64,000 bases of DNA from Planctomycetota bacterium (lineage in GTDB: Bacteria > Planctomycetota > GCA-002687715 > CAIWVZ01): contig JBGANV010000003.1 of the NCBI GenBank assembly GCA_044222185.1, positions 704,001 to 768,000 on the forward strand, in the 5' to 3' direction. Position 1 is the stretch's first letter; each line of letters begins with the position of its first letter. The position numbers and the translations under genes were made by a program. The notes below the pieces were generated by a model that was given only the letters and a program-made list of their open reading frames with translations, was not told the DNA's origin and made no database searches. Of this stretch, positions 10,379 to 20,194 are shown one piece after another.

Positions 10379-11551
10379 ATGACGGACACGCCGCGCATCC
10401 TCTTCCTCATGTCGGACACGGGCGGCGGGCACCGTGCCGCGGCCAACGCCATCACCGTCGCTCTTCGCGACGTCGCGCCGGGCGCGGCCGTCGAGATGAA
10501 GGACGTCCTGGTGGAGGCCGGCCGCTGGCCGGTGAACCGATCCCCCCAGATCTATGCGTGGGGCATGACCCACGCCCGGTGGGTCTGGGGCGCGAGCTTT
10601 CATCTCACGAACGGCCCGCTCCGTGCCCGCTGGATGGGCGAGTGGAACTACCTCCCCATGCGACGGCGCTTGATCGGGCTGATCCGGGACGCGAAGCCTG
10701 ACGTGGTCGTCAGCGTGCATCCGCTGCTGACGCGATCGATCGCACACGCGCTGGAGGCAGGCGACATCCGCGTGCCGTTCGTGATCGTCGTCACCGATCT
10801 CGTCACGGGCCACGCCACCTGGTACGAGCCGGCGGCGACGCGGATCTGCGTCCCGACGCCCGAGGCGCGGCAGGCGGCGATCCGCTGCCACGTGGACCCC
10901 GACAGGGTCCTCGTGACGGGCCAACCGCTTCATCCGCGTGCTGCAGCCGCAGTCGGCGACCGCGAGCCGCTCCGCACGCGCTTCGGGTGGACGCAGCCCG
11001 TCGTACTGCTCGTCGGTGGTGGCGACGGTGTCGGCAACCTCGGCGCGCGCGTCCGGGCACTGGCCTCCCATCGCATCGACGCGCGGCTCGTGGTCGTTTG
11101 CGGTCGGAACGAGCGTCTGCGCTCCGAGCTCGCGGCCGTCGCCTGGCCCATCCCCGTCGACGTCATGGGATTCGTGCAGAACCTGCCCGAACTGATGGCG
11201 GCGGCCGACGTGCTGGTGACGAAGGGCGGACCAGGTTCCGTCATGGAGGGGTGCCTGGCCGGTCTCCCGATCCTCATCTACGACTACCTCCCGGGGCAGG
11301 AGGTGGGCAACGTCGAGCTGATCCGCAGCAACGACGCCGGCGCATTCGTGCCGCGCGTCGAAGACCTCGTCGCGCAGGTGCGCCACCTGATCGCTGCCCC
11401 GGACAGGCGCGCCGCCATGGGGGCGCGGGCGCGAAGCCTTGCGATCCCCGATTCGGCCTACCGGATCGCGCGCGAGGTGATGGCCCAGGTGCGGCCGGCG
11501 CCGACTACGACTTCAGACCCGGGACGCGATCGAACGGCACCCACTCCCTGA
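10379..11551 (+). CDS. MGDG synthase / UgtP-like GT28 glycolipid glycosyltransferase
   Basis: ILFLMSDTGGGHRAAA, PDVVVSVHP, VVTDL...H..W, VVCGRN, LMAAADVLVTKGGPGSVME, PGQEVGN. Confidence 0.9.
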   Translation: MTDTPRILFLMSDTGGGHRAAANAITVALRDVAPGAAVEMKDVLVEAGRWPVNRSPQIYAWGMTHARWVWGASFHLTNGPLRARWMGEWNYLPMRRRLIGLIRDAKPDVVVSVHPLLTRSIAHALEAGDIRVPFVIVVTDLVTGHATWYEPAATRICVPTPEARQAAIRCHVDPDRVLVTGQPLHPRAAAAVGDREPLRTRFGWTQPVVLLVGGGDGVGNLGARVRALASHRIDARLVVVCGRNERLRSELAAVAWPIPVDVMGFVQNLPELMAAADVLVTKGGPGSVMEGCLAGLPILIYDYLPGQEVGNVELIRSNDAGAFVPRVEDLVAQVRHLIAAPDRRAAMGARARSLAIPDSAYRIAREVMAQVRPAPTTTSDPGRDRTAPTP

Positions 11552-12137
11552 AGGACGAGCACCACACGTGCACCCCGCGCGGAAGAGTCCCCGCGCGGAC
11601 CGAACCTCGGATGAACTCGAGCGCAACCGGGCCGGCATATGCGCTCGGCGTCGCGTAGTACCAACCTTCTTCGGGGAGGGCGGCGGCGGCCGTGGTCGTC
11701 GTGTAGCTCCCGTCCGGACGCGGCGGCTCCGCTGGGGGTGCCGGGGTGCGCGGCGGCGACGATGCGACCGGTTCCATCGGTGCCATGGGGGGTGGGACGG
11801 GTCCCGGGATCGGCGCTCCGGCGGCCGGGTGGACTCCCGGGGGTGGCGGCATGGGCGGGAACGGGCGCGGCGGAGTGGCGTAGGTGCCGTACGGGACCCC
11901 CGTCCCGACCCTCAGGTTGCGACGGTCCGGAACGAGAAAGAGGAGCGCGAGCCCGATCCAGGGCAGGAAGAACCCGATGAAGAACCACCCGAGGGACGAC
12001 CGCCCGCGCGACGAGGCGAAGACGGCCGAGAGGATCCCGCTGACGAGAGAGGTTCCACCGAGAACCAGTTCGGGACCCGAGGCGTGAAGGCCGCGGGACG
12101 ACACACAGAGCAACGGAAACATGGCGTCCAATGGCAT
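11505..12137 (-). CDS. Membrane protein with Pro-rich linker and C-terminal GYF_2 (DUF4339)-like domain
   Basis: TM segment ASSRGRSSLGWFFIGFFLPWIGL; C-terminal WYY...GPV...L...VW...W..F..VP. Start is inferred; 3' end overlaps the GT28 gene by 47 bp. Confidence 0.75.
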   Translation of the reverse strand: MPLDAMFPLLCVSSRGLHASGPELVLGGTSLVSGILSAVFASSRGRSSLGWFFIGFFLPWIGLALLFLVPDRRNLRVGTGVPYGTYATPPRPFPPMPPPPGVHPAAGAPIPGPVPPPMAPMEPVASSPPRTPAPPAEPPRPDGSYTTTTAAAALPEEGWYYATPSAYAGPVALEFIRGSVRAGTLPRGVHVWCSSFREWVPFDRVPGLKS

Positions 12138-12278
12138 CTCCGCAACGACATCCGGCTGATGATGGCCGGACCTGACGAGGGGACCCATACGAGCACGCCC
12201 GGTGAATCTTCCGGGCGGTTTTGGACGTGAGCGGCTCGTTCGCGGGGGTCCGCGCGCGCCGCGCGGTGCGGCGGGGCG

Positions 12279-12300
12279 GGCCGGGGGACGGCCCCCGGCC
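12279..12300. terminator. GC-rich hairpin downstream of glutamine synthetase
   Basis: GGCCGGGGG-ACGG-CCCCCGGCC perfect 9-bp stem about 20 bp past the stop; no U-tract. Confidence 0.45.
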
Positions 12301-12319
12301 ACGCCGGATCCGACTGGCC

Positions 12320-14512
12320 TCAGTGGATGAAGAGGATCTCGCGGTACTTGGGCAGCGGCCACAGATCATCGTCGACGATCAGTTCCAGGCTGTCGCAGGC
12401 CTCGCGCACCTTCTGCATCGCCGGGATGACGACGTCGCGGAACGTGAGCGCGTGCTCTTTCAGGCCGCCGTGGTGGGCGTCGGCCTTGTCGGAGGCTTCC
12501 TGGAGCCCTTCGACCGCCGTGATCAGCGCGCCCAGACGATCGGTCACGGTCTTCAGCAGACGCTCCTGGGCGCGCCACTCTCCCCCTGCGTTCAGGCCGC
12601 GGAGCGCGGTGAGATTCGCCGCGAGGCGTCCCTGGAACGTGAGCGCAGCCGGAAGCACGTGACTCTGCGCGAGGCCGAGCGCACTCTGGGCCTCGATGGC
12701 GATCGCCTTGCAGTAGGTCTCGTACATGATGTGGCCGCGGGACTCGACCTCACGCCGCGTGAGGACGTTCTGCGCCTCGAACAGCGCCACGTTCTTGTCG
12801 GAGGAGAACTGCCCGACGGCGTCGACCGTGTTGCGGAAGTTGGGCAGCCCGCGCCGCTCGGCTTCCTGGTGCCACTCGGTCGAGTAGCCGTTGCCGTTGA
12901 AGATGATCCTCTGGTGCTTCTTCAGCGTCGCCTGCACGACCTGCTGAACGGCCGCCTCGAGACCGACGCTCGCCTTCAGCTTCTCGATCTCGTTCGCGAG
13001 GTAGCTGAGCGAGTCGGCCGCGATCGAGTTCAGGACGATGTTCGGGTACGCGATCGACTGGCCGGAGCCGACGGCGCGGAACTCGAACTTGTTCCCCGTG
13101 AACGCGAACGGCGACGTCCGGTTGCGGTCCGTCGCGTCACGCGGCAGTGGTGGCAGCGTCGTGACTCCGAGGGTCATGGTCGCCTTGCGGCGATCGCCTG
13201 CGGGGGACGTGCCTGAGATGATGTTCTCGACGACCTCGGTGAGCTGCTCGCCGAGGTAGATCGAGATGATCGCTGGCGGGGCTTCGTTCGCACCCAGACG
13301 GTGATCGTTCCCCGCATGAGCGATGCTCGTGCGGAGCAGGTCGGCGTGCATGTCGACCGCGCGGATCACTGCCGTGAGGAACACGACGAACCGCATGTTC
13401 TGCGCCGGGGTGCGCCCCGGCTCGAGCATGTTGTCGCCGTAGTCCGTCGCCAACGACCAGTTGTTGTGCTTGCCCGATCCGTTGATTCCGGCGAACGGCT
13501 TCTCGTGCAGGAGGCAAATGAAGCCGTGCCGCTGCGCGACCTGACGAAGGACCTCCATGGTGAGCATGTTGTGGTCCGTCGCGATCGTCGTGCGCTCGAA
13601 GATCGGGGCGAGCTCGAACTGGGAGGGTGCAACCTCGTTGTGACGCGTCTTCGCCGGAACTCCGAGCTTCCACAGCTCGCGCTCGACTTCGTGCATGTAC
13701 GCGAGGACGCGCGGGCTGATCGACCCGAAGTAGTGATCCTCCATCTCCTGCCCCTTGGGCGGACGCGCGCCGATCAGCGTGCGCCCGGTCGCCACGAGGT
13801 CCGGTCGAAGAAGGAAGAAGTCGCGATCGACGAGGAAGTACTCCTGCTCGGCGCCGACCGTCGGATTCACCGACTTGACCTTGTCGTCACCGAGAATGCG
13901 CAGGAGGCGGACCGCCTGCTTCGAAAGCGCCTCGCCGCTGCGGAGCAGCGGAGTCTTCTTGTCGAGAGCTTCGCCCGTCCAGGAGCAGAACGCCGTGGGA
14001 ATGCACAGCGTCGCGCCGTTCTCGCTCTCGCGGATGAACGCTGGCGACGTGGGATCCCACGCCGTGTAGCCGCGCGCTTCGAACGTGCTGCGCAGGCCAC
14101 CAGACGGGAACGACGAGGCGTCGGGCTCGCCCTTGATCAGCTGCTTGCCCGAGAACTCCAGCATGAGGCGGCCGCCCGAGAACGCCACGAACGAGTCGTG
14201 CTTCTCGGCGGTGAGGCCGGTCATGGGCAGGAACCAGTGCGTGAAGTGCGTGGCGCCGCGCTCGAGCGCCCATTCCTTCATGGCATTCGCCACGATGTCG
14301 GCGAGCGCCGCGCTCATCTCCGTGCCACGCTCGATCACGTCGCGGAGTTCCTGGTAGGCCCGTTCGGGCAGGCGTTGGCGCACCTCCTCGTCGTTGAAAA
14401 CGTTCCTGCCGAAAAGCTCGGAAAGAGTCTCTTCCGTGTAGTGGACCTTCGTGGCGACGGGCTTCTTCGCCACGATGGCCTGAACGGCAGCACGACGGGC
14501 CTGCGCGGACAT
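12320..14512 (-). CDS. glnN: Glutamine synthetase type III
   Basis: [95 protein letters not shown]; 730 aa. Confidence 0.97.
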   Translation of the reverse strand: MSAQARRAAVQAIVAKKPVATKVHYTEETLSELFGRNVFNDEEVRQRLPERAYQELRDVIERGTEMSAALADIVANAMKEWALERGATHFTHWFLPMTGLTAEKHDSFVAFSGGRLMLEFSGKQLIKGEPDASSFPSGGLRSTFEARGYTAWDPTSPAFIRESENGATLCIPTAFCSWTGEALDKKTPLLRSGEALSKQAVRLLRILGDDKVKSVNPTVGAEQEYFLVDRDFFLLRPDLVATGRTLIGARPPKGQEMEDHYFGSISPRVLAYMHEVERELWKLGVPAKTRHNEVAPSQFELAPIFERTTIATDHNMLTMEVLRQVAQRHGFICLLHEKPFAGINGSGKHNNWSLATDYGDNMLEPGRTPAQNMRFVVFLTAVIRAVDMHADLLRTSIAHAGNDHRLGANEAPPAIISIYLGEQLTEVVENIISGTSPAGDRRKATMTLGVTTLPPLPRDATDRNRTSPFAFTGNKFEFRAVGSGQSIAYPNIVLNSIAADSLSYLANEIEKLKASVGLEAAVQQVVQATLKKHQRIIFNGNGYSTEWHQEAERRGLPNFRNTVDAVGQFSSDKNVALFEAQNVLTRREVESRGHIMYETYCKAIAIEAQSALGLAQSHVLPAALTFQGRLAANLTALRGLNAGGEWRAQERLLKTVTDRLGALITAVEGLQEASDKADAHHGGLKEHALTFRDVVIPAMQKVREACDSLELIVDDDLWPLPKYREILFIH

Positions 14513-14613
14513 GGCGTCTCCCTGGGCCGGACCTCACAAATGAAAACGCGCGCGAACCCCGGTCTGGCATCTGTTGAGGTCGCGCGGCACGCGCGGCTTT
14601 CGCGCGTTGGCGC

Positions 14614-14628
14614 GCACTTTAGGTGCCG
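14614..14628 (-). promoter_or_regulatory. Probable sigma-54 (-24/-12) promoter of glnN
   Basis: Minus strand CGGCACCTAAAGTGC = GG-N10-GC, matching TGGCAC-N5-TTGC, about 100 bp upstream of the start. Confidence 0.6.
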
Positions 14629-14810
14629 ACTGTCGATCGGACCAGCCGTCCCGGCGAACTGCGCGGGAACTAGCGTTCGACCGCAGCCGGAGATCGGCTT
14701 GCGGCAACGAGTAAGGCCTCGTGCGCGTCCGTTCTGCACGATCCGTCCACGGGCATCGGTCGTGCATTCTCATCGGCGTCGCGGGCGAAGCGTGCGGCGG
14801 CCACCGACGA

Positions 14811-16289
14811 TCACGGCTCGATGGGCGTGATCTTCATCGACCAGTGGAATCGATCGAAGTAGACGTTCTTCCCATCGCACTCGACCTCGCCGCGCTGGAA
14901 GTCGACGGTGTCGCTGCGAAGCGACGGCTTGGGCGGATTCAGCGGGACGCCGTGATCCGAATTCGCGATCAAGCGGAAGTGATCCAGGCCGCCGAAGTAG
15001 AAGTCGCGAACCTTGCGTCGCGAGGCGTCGTCGAGCGTCGCTGCGTAGACGGCCATGTAGGGATCGACCGGACACCAGCCTTGTCCGTCGATCCACATCT
15101 CGGCCCAGTCGTGCATGGTCTCGTTGCCCGGCCACGGCGCCCAACCAGATTGCCACCGCGCGGGGATCCCGTTCATCCTGCAGAGCGTGATGAAGAGCAA
15201 CGCCGCCTCGCCGCAATCGCCGTAGCGACACGCGACGACCTTCTCCGGGATGCACGGGATCGTGGAGTACTCGCGCGCGAAGCTGTATTTCACCTCATCG
15301 CCGATCCAGTCGTAGATGCGGCGCGCGAGCGCTCGCTTGTCCGCCGTGCCCTTCGCGAGTTCTTCGGACAGGGCCCGGATCGGCGAGGAGAACACGACGT
15401 GGGGCGGGGCCTCGGCGAGGAACCGGGCCCGCTCCGCATCGGAGATTGGTGCCACCGTCCGATCCTTGCCGGCAAATGGAGCGACTGCCCGCGCCGTGTA
15501 TCGATAGGTCGCCGAGAACGTCGTCTCCTCGTCTTCGACTGCGGGGCGTTCCATGTAGAGCGCGCGCATGGGGGCGTCGACGGGCTCGACCCCGTAGAAC
15601 ATGGGCGCCGTCTTCATGACGACGCCCGGCTCCTGGTGAGGCAGCGCTCGCGGGAAGGGCATCCAGCACCGTACCGTCTTGCCCTCCGGCGTCGCCGATG
15701 GATCGACACGGATCGTCATCGACACCTCGTAGGTCGCCGGCAGCACTTCGCGGCGCCCCGTCCGCTCGGCCTCCTGGGCGACCGCGTCGATGTGGGCGAG
15801 GATCCGCCCCTTGAGCGTGTCCGGAGCTGGGTGCACGCGGCGCGCCGCGAGCTCCGGGTAGCGGAAGAAGAGGTTGCTCCGGCTGCTGTTCGCGTATCGG
15901 CGCTGACCGTCGATCATGCGCGCGTCGAATCGGCCCTCCCGATCGAAGCGGTCGAATTCCTCGGCACTGAAGTCGCGGACGGCGTCCTTCAACTGCGCGA
16001 GGAGGTCGTCGCGCGTGAGCTTGTAATCGCCCCGGATCCGCCGCACCACGTCGAGATCGTCCTCGACGCTCTTGCGCATCCCGGCTGGCGCGTGGGCGCC
16101 GACGGCATCGAGCCACGCCTGGCCCTTGACCTCGGCCTCGCGGAAGGCGCCGGTTGCTGCGATCTCCACGATCGCCGGTCGCGTCGGTCGTGACTCCTGT
16201 CCGTGCGCGACGGTCGAATGGACGACGAGACAGGCGAATGCGATCGCCGCGCTCCGGGCCAGGCGCGTCGCGAGATGAGGAACGGCCAT
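14811..16289 (-). CDS. Secreted transglutaminase-like domain protein
   Basis: YGDCGEAALLFITLCRMNGIPARWQSG...HDWAEMWIDGQGWCPVDP catalytic C-H-D; signal peptide. Confidence 0.9.
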   Translation of the reverse strand: MAVPHLATRLARSAAIAFACLVVHSTVAHGQESRPTRPAIVEIAATGAFREAEVKGQAWLDAVGAHAPAGMRKSVEDDLDVVRRIRGDYKLTRDDLLAQLKDAVRDFSAEEFDRFDREGRFDARMIDGQRRYANSSRSNLFFRYPELAARRVHPAPDTLKGRILAHIDAVAQEAERTGRREVLPATYEVSMTIRVDPSATPEGKTVRCWMPFPRALPHQEPGVVMKTAPMFYGVEPVDAPMRALYMERPAVEDEETTFSATYRYTARAVAPFAGKDRTVAPISDAERARFLAEAPPHVVFSSPIRALSEELAKGTADKRALARRIYDWIGDEVKYSFAREYSTIPCIPEKVVACRYGDCGEAALLFITLCRMNGIPARWQSGWAPWPGNETMHDWAEMWIDGQGWCPVDPYMAVYAATLDDASRRKVRDFYFGGLDHFRLIANSDHGVPLNPPKPSLRSDTVDFQRGEVECDGKNVYFDRFHWSMKITPIEP

Positions 16290-16366
16290 CGGGATCGTCT
16301 CCAGGCCCGTGAACCCGTCGCGGGCGCGGCGCAGTCTACGCCGAACGCTCGCGTCTCACCTGCTCA

Positions 16367-16811
16367 CGCGGAACGCCACGCGTTGCGCGGCTGGTTCGCA
16401 GGGCTCCGGCCCTGCCGGCACCGCGAACGGCCGTCGGCGGTGCAGCCTCATGCGATGCAGGGCAGCGGGAGTGGCGGAACGCCGTCATCATTCCCGACAG
16501 CGCTCGAGCGCTGCCGTCCGGCCAGGCGAAGCCTGGCGCTCCCGCTCGCGGAACGCCACGCTTTGCGCGGCTGGTTCGCAGGGCTCCGGCCCTGCCGGCA
16601 CCGCGGACGGCCGTCGGCGGTGCAGCCTCATGCGATGCAGGGCAGCGGGAGTGGCGGAACGCCGTCATCATTCCTGGCAGCGCTGGAGCGCTGCCGTCCG
16701 GCCAGGCGAAGCCTGGCGCTCCCGCTCGCGGAACGCCACGCTCTGCGTGGCTGGTTGGCAGGGCTCCTGCCCTGCCAGCACAGCGAACGGCCGTCGGTAT
16801 CGCACCCTCAT
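16367..16811. repeat. Intergenic tandem array of 180-bp units (about 2.5 copies), REP/BIME-like
   Basis: Units start at 16367, 16547 and 16727 (CGCGGAACGCCACG...). Internal hairpins GCAGGGC-TCCG-GCCCTGC, CAGCGCTCGAGCGCTG and GCCAGGC-GAA-GCCTGGC. Confidence 0.92.
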
Positions 16812-16847
16812 CCGACGCCGGTCGACGTGGCGCTTCGGAGAACCGGA

Positions 16848-17972
16848 TCAGAGGATGTGGGCGAAGATCGCCGCGGTCATCGTGACGGCACAGCTCGATC
16901 CGGGCGCGCGGAACACCACGCCCTGGAGGTTCAGGTCGAAGGGCCCGGGCGGCACCGTTCCGAGGAACACGACCTGACCATTGGCATCCAGCTGGAACGG
17001 CGATCCGGGCACCGTCCCATCGACGAGAACCAGGAGGTCGAAGAAGTTGGGTGCGGTCCCGATGTTCAACTCGCCGAAGCACGAGAAGGACGTCCCCGCC
17101 GCGTGCTGCGCGGCCGACACGAACACGGCGAAGGGCTGGCCCGGATCACCGCGCATCGTGAAGTTCGCCGTCGAGTTCCCCGGAATGTTCAGCGTGAACG
17201 GACCCGGACAGGTGCCGCCACCGGCGCCGTTGATCTCCATCCGGCCGTGGACCGAGTTCGCCTGACCCGACCCAGTCATCTGCGTCGAGGTCACGACGAT
17301 GTTGTCCACGAGGCCGTAGCCGTTCGTCGTCGCATCGCCCCGATTGGCGACGAGGATCACGAGGTCAAGCGCCATCCCCGGGACGTAACCCGCGACCGAC
17401 GCCATGTTCAACGTGACGTGCTTCGGTCCGGCAGGTGACACCTCACCGTTCACGAACGAGAACGGGTAGCTCACTCCCGTGGCTGCGCAGGCGGGCTGAA
17501 GCGTGCCGTTGCCGTCGCGGGTGTCGACGTACACCATCGTCGCCAGCAACGTTCCGTTGCCGTCGTACAGCCGGATCGACATGAAGTCGTTGTAGGTCGG
17601 CTGATTGGGCAGCTCGGCGCAGAACCACGTCCAGTCGAACGAAATCGACGTGACGTTCTCGCAGCCACCGAAGAGCTGATTGACCCACCCACCGCTGTAG
17701 GTCGGATGCTGCGTGCAGTTCAGCGTGTACGAGCCGGTGAAGTCGGACGCGACCCGCGCGAACTTGATGCCCTGCGTGGGAAAACCAAGCTGAGGCACGT
17801 TGTTCACGAAGGACTGGCTTCCGTTGGACTCGAGCCACGGGGCCGTGAACACGTTCCCGGGTGCCTGCTGCTCGAAGCTCCCGTCGGCGAAGGCCTGCCC
17901 GAACGTGCGAGAAGACGTCACGAGAAGCACGAAAAGGCCGAAACAGAACGCCTTGTTTTTCAGTCTTGGCAC
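16848..17972 (-). CDS. Secreted hypothetical protein: jelly-roll-like N-domain plus C-terminal beta-rich domain
   Basis: Coding-like composition; signal FCFGLFVLLVTSSRTFG|Q, then FADGSFE; GTG start at 17972 is inferred. Confidence 0.75.
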   Translation of the reverse strand: MPRLKNKAFCFGLFVLLVTSSRTFGQAFADGSFEQQAPGNVFTAPWLESNGSQSFVNNVPQLGFPTQGIKFARVASDFTGSYTLNCTQHPTYSGGWVNQLFGGCENVTSISFDWTWFCAELPNQPTYNDFMSIRLYDGNGTLLATMVYVDTRDGNGTLQPACAATGVSYPFSFVNGEVSPAGPKHVTLNMASVAGYVPGMALDLVILVANRGDATTNGYGLVDNIVVTSTQMTGSGQANSVHGRMEINGAGGGTCPGPFTLNIPGNSTANFTMRGDPGQPFAVFVSAAQHAAGTSFSCFGELNIGTAPNFFDLLVLVDGTVPGSPFQLDANGQVVFLGTVPPGPFDLNLQGVVFRAPGSSCAVTMTAAIFAHIL

Positions 17973-18317
17973 AAGCGGATCCTCAGTCAGACGTGGATTC
18001 ACGACGACGAGATGTGGAACTTCGTACGCCGCGACTTTGCGGGGATCGTACCACCCGAAAAACACGCGGTCGGGGATATGTCCCATTGATCGAAAACTCG
18101 ACGACGAAATGACGCGTGCCGGAAAAATCGTCCGCGCGTGAAGAAACCCGCGGGCAGAGATCGAGGCGTTCGAACTCGTTGCGCCGCGCAGGGCGCCGTG
18201 TCGTCGGCGGGCGCACGTCGACCAAGGCTCGTTCGCGATCGTGCGGATTCATCGCCTTTCGAACTCCGCCGGAGCTGCGAGCATGCGGGCCGCGGCTCCT
18301 CTCGCGCCGCATGCACC

Positions 18318-19088
18318 ATGGGCCTCTTCTCCTTCGCATCCAACGGTCTTCGCAGGCTGAACCGCCGCCACGTCTTCGGTCGGATCACGACTGAGTGTGA
18401 CCTCAGACTGTCGTTCGAGGCCCACCACGAGGACGTTGCGCTCCTCGAGCAGGTGTTCGTCGAGCGCGTCTATTCCGACTGGTTTCCCCATCGGCGCACG
18501 GCGACGATCGTCGACATCGGAGCCCACAAGGGCTTCTTCACCCTGTTTGCCGCGCGGCACGCGGCTCCCGATTCGCGGCTGTTCGCCATCGAGCCGTCGC
18601 CGGGAAACCTGACCCAGCTCCGCACGAACCTCGCCGCGAACGGCCTTTCGCACGTCGCCGTCCTCGACGTCGCCGTCGGGGCCGAGGACGGTCAGACGCG
18701 GCTCCACCTCGGCCCCAGCGAGAACCACTCGATCTTCCCCGATCACACGGCGCGACTTCGGCGCGCGTCGTCGACGGTCAGCACGCCCGTGGAGATGGTG
18801 ACGCTGCGCACCGTCCTCGACCGGTGCGACGTGGATCACGTCGACTTCCTGAAGCTCGACTGCGAGGGCTCCGAGTATCCGATCCTGCTCTCGGCCGATG
18901 CCGCGACGCTCGGCCGCATCGACGTCATCTCACTGGAATTCCACGACACCGGGAAGCCGGGGTGGACCGGGCGTGACCTCGCCGAGCACCTGGAGCGTTC
19001 GCGATTCCGAGTCGTTCGCTTTGCACACGGCGCGACGTGGATCGACAACGACTACGGCCGCATCATCGCCGTTCGCGACCGCCACTGA
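18318..19088 (+). CDS. FkbM-family methyltransferase
   Basis: TIVDIGAHKGFFT, AIEPSP.N, VDFLKLDCEGSEY, LEFH; start uncertain (ORF is open from 18138). Confidence 0.9.
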   Translation: MGLFSFASNGLRRLNRRHVFGRITTECDLRLSFEAHHEDVALLEQVFVERVYSDWFPHRRTATIVDIGAHKGFFTLFAARHAAPDSRLFAIEPSPGNLTQLRTNLAANGLSHVAVLDVAVGAEDGQTRLHLGPSENHSIFPDHTARLRRASSTVSTPVEMVTLRTVLDRCDVDHVDFLKLDCEGSEYPILLSADAATLGRIDVISLEFHDTGKPGWTGRDLAEHLERSRFRVVRFAHGATWIDNDYGRIIAVRDRH

Positions 19089-19105
19089 GGGGACGCGACC
19101 CCGAT

Positions 19106-20143
19106 TCACTCCGCGCGACGGGCGAACAGCAATCGCACGGAAATCCCCGACGACGCCTCGGCCTCGTTCACCAGATCGGATGCGAGGATGCCCCCGCAGA
19201 GCGAATATGGCGCACGGGGCGCCGTGAACGTGATCCCGGCTCGGCAGCGGACGGACCCGCCGATCGCTGCGACGAACGGGATGACGACGGGATCCAGCCC
19301 GCTGACGGCCGCATACTCCGACGACTCCGGCCCGAACCACGCGATCTTCTTCACGTCGATGAGGACCTGTGGTGGAGTGAACAAGCTCAGTCCCGCATCG
19401 ATCACCGAGATCTTGCCGATGGCCGCCTCGACGAACCGGGTCTTCAACTCCTTCGAGAGGAGCCTCGCCGAGAACAGGCGTTTCACTCCGCGCAGCCACG
19501 CGGATTGCGTCTTCTCGAACGTCGATCCGTCGCCGCGCCAACCCTGGACCACTCGATCGAGCCGCTCCGCTACGCGCATCTGCGGGCCGACGCTCGCATG
19601 CGGGCCTCGCCCGGCCGGAAGCTCGACGGCACCAAGTGCGAGAAGCTCGCGGTACCGCTCGTAGTTGCTCGCTGCCAGGTCGGCGCGCTTCGCGGTCCGC
19701 ACGACCGACTCGAGCGTCTGGCCATTCGAATCGAAGAGCGTCATGCGAACGCTGACCGAGGATCCATCGTCGGGCTCGCGCGGGCGTGAGTCGGCCTCGG
19801 TCGCCGGATCGACGACCTCGGCCGACACGAACCAGGTCTCGCGCCGCTCACCGCGCGTGAGCTGGAGGCCGACGCCGACGGCATCGCCGACTCTCAGGCC
19901 ATCCTCCGATGGGCGTGCGAACTGGGCTTCGAATGCGGCGGGGCGAGGTCCCGCCAGCTCTCCACCGGGGACGAACGACGACGTCACCGGGTGTTCCGGC
20001 AAGTCCATCACGTCGACTGCGCAGCCGCCGACGATCGAAACAGCCGCGAGCAAGACCGCGAGGATCGAGCATGTACCGAGTCGCTGCACGAGATGAATCC
20101 TTCGTCGCTCCGCGGACAGCATACCGATTCGGACGCCGTCCAT
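19106..20143 (-). CDS. Hypothetical protein, probable lipoprotein
   Basis: Hydrophobic stretch ending VSIVGG|C (lipobox-like); co-oriented, 51 bp after the HlyD gene. Confidence 0.6.
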   Translation of the reverse strand: MDGVRIGMLSAERRRIHLVQRLGTCSILAVLLAAVSIVGGCAVDVMDLPEHPVTSSFVPGGELAGPRPAAFEAQFARPSEDGLRVGDAVGVGLQLTRGERRETWFVSAEVVDPATEADSRPREPDDGSSVSVRMTLFDSNGQTLESVVRTAKRADLAASNYERYRELLALGAVELPAGRGPHASVGPQMRVAERLDRVVQGWRGDGSTFEKTQSAWLRGVKRLFSARLLSKELKTRFVEAAIGKISVIDAGLSLFTPPQVLIDVKKIAWFGPESSEYAAVSGLDPVVIPFVAAIGGSVRCRAGITFTAPRAPYSLCGGILASDLVNEAEASSGISVRLLFARRAE

Positions 20144-20194
20144 GGCAGCACCGGAGCGGGGCCAGGCATCGCCGGTTGGGCGGCGAATGGGACC

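Noticed and set aside
14513-14610. Glutamine (glnA) riboswitch in the glnN leader
   Set aside because: I could not recognise the motif by eye; an Infernal search would be needed.
16367-16811. Tandem array as a CRISPR array or coding repeat (ORFs 16203..17438, 16309..16977, 16336..17082)
   Set aside because: Whole 180-bp units repeat with no unique spacers and no cas genes. The ORFs are low-complexity, lack RBSs and overlap real genes; a unit length divisible by 3 explains the open frames.
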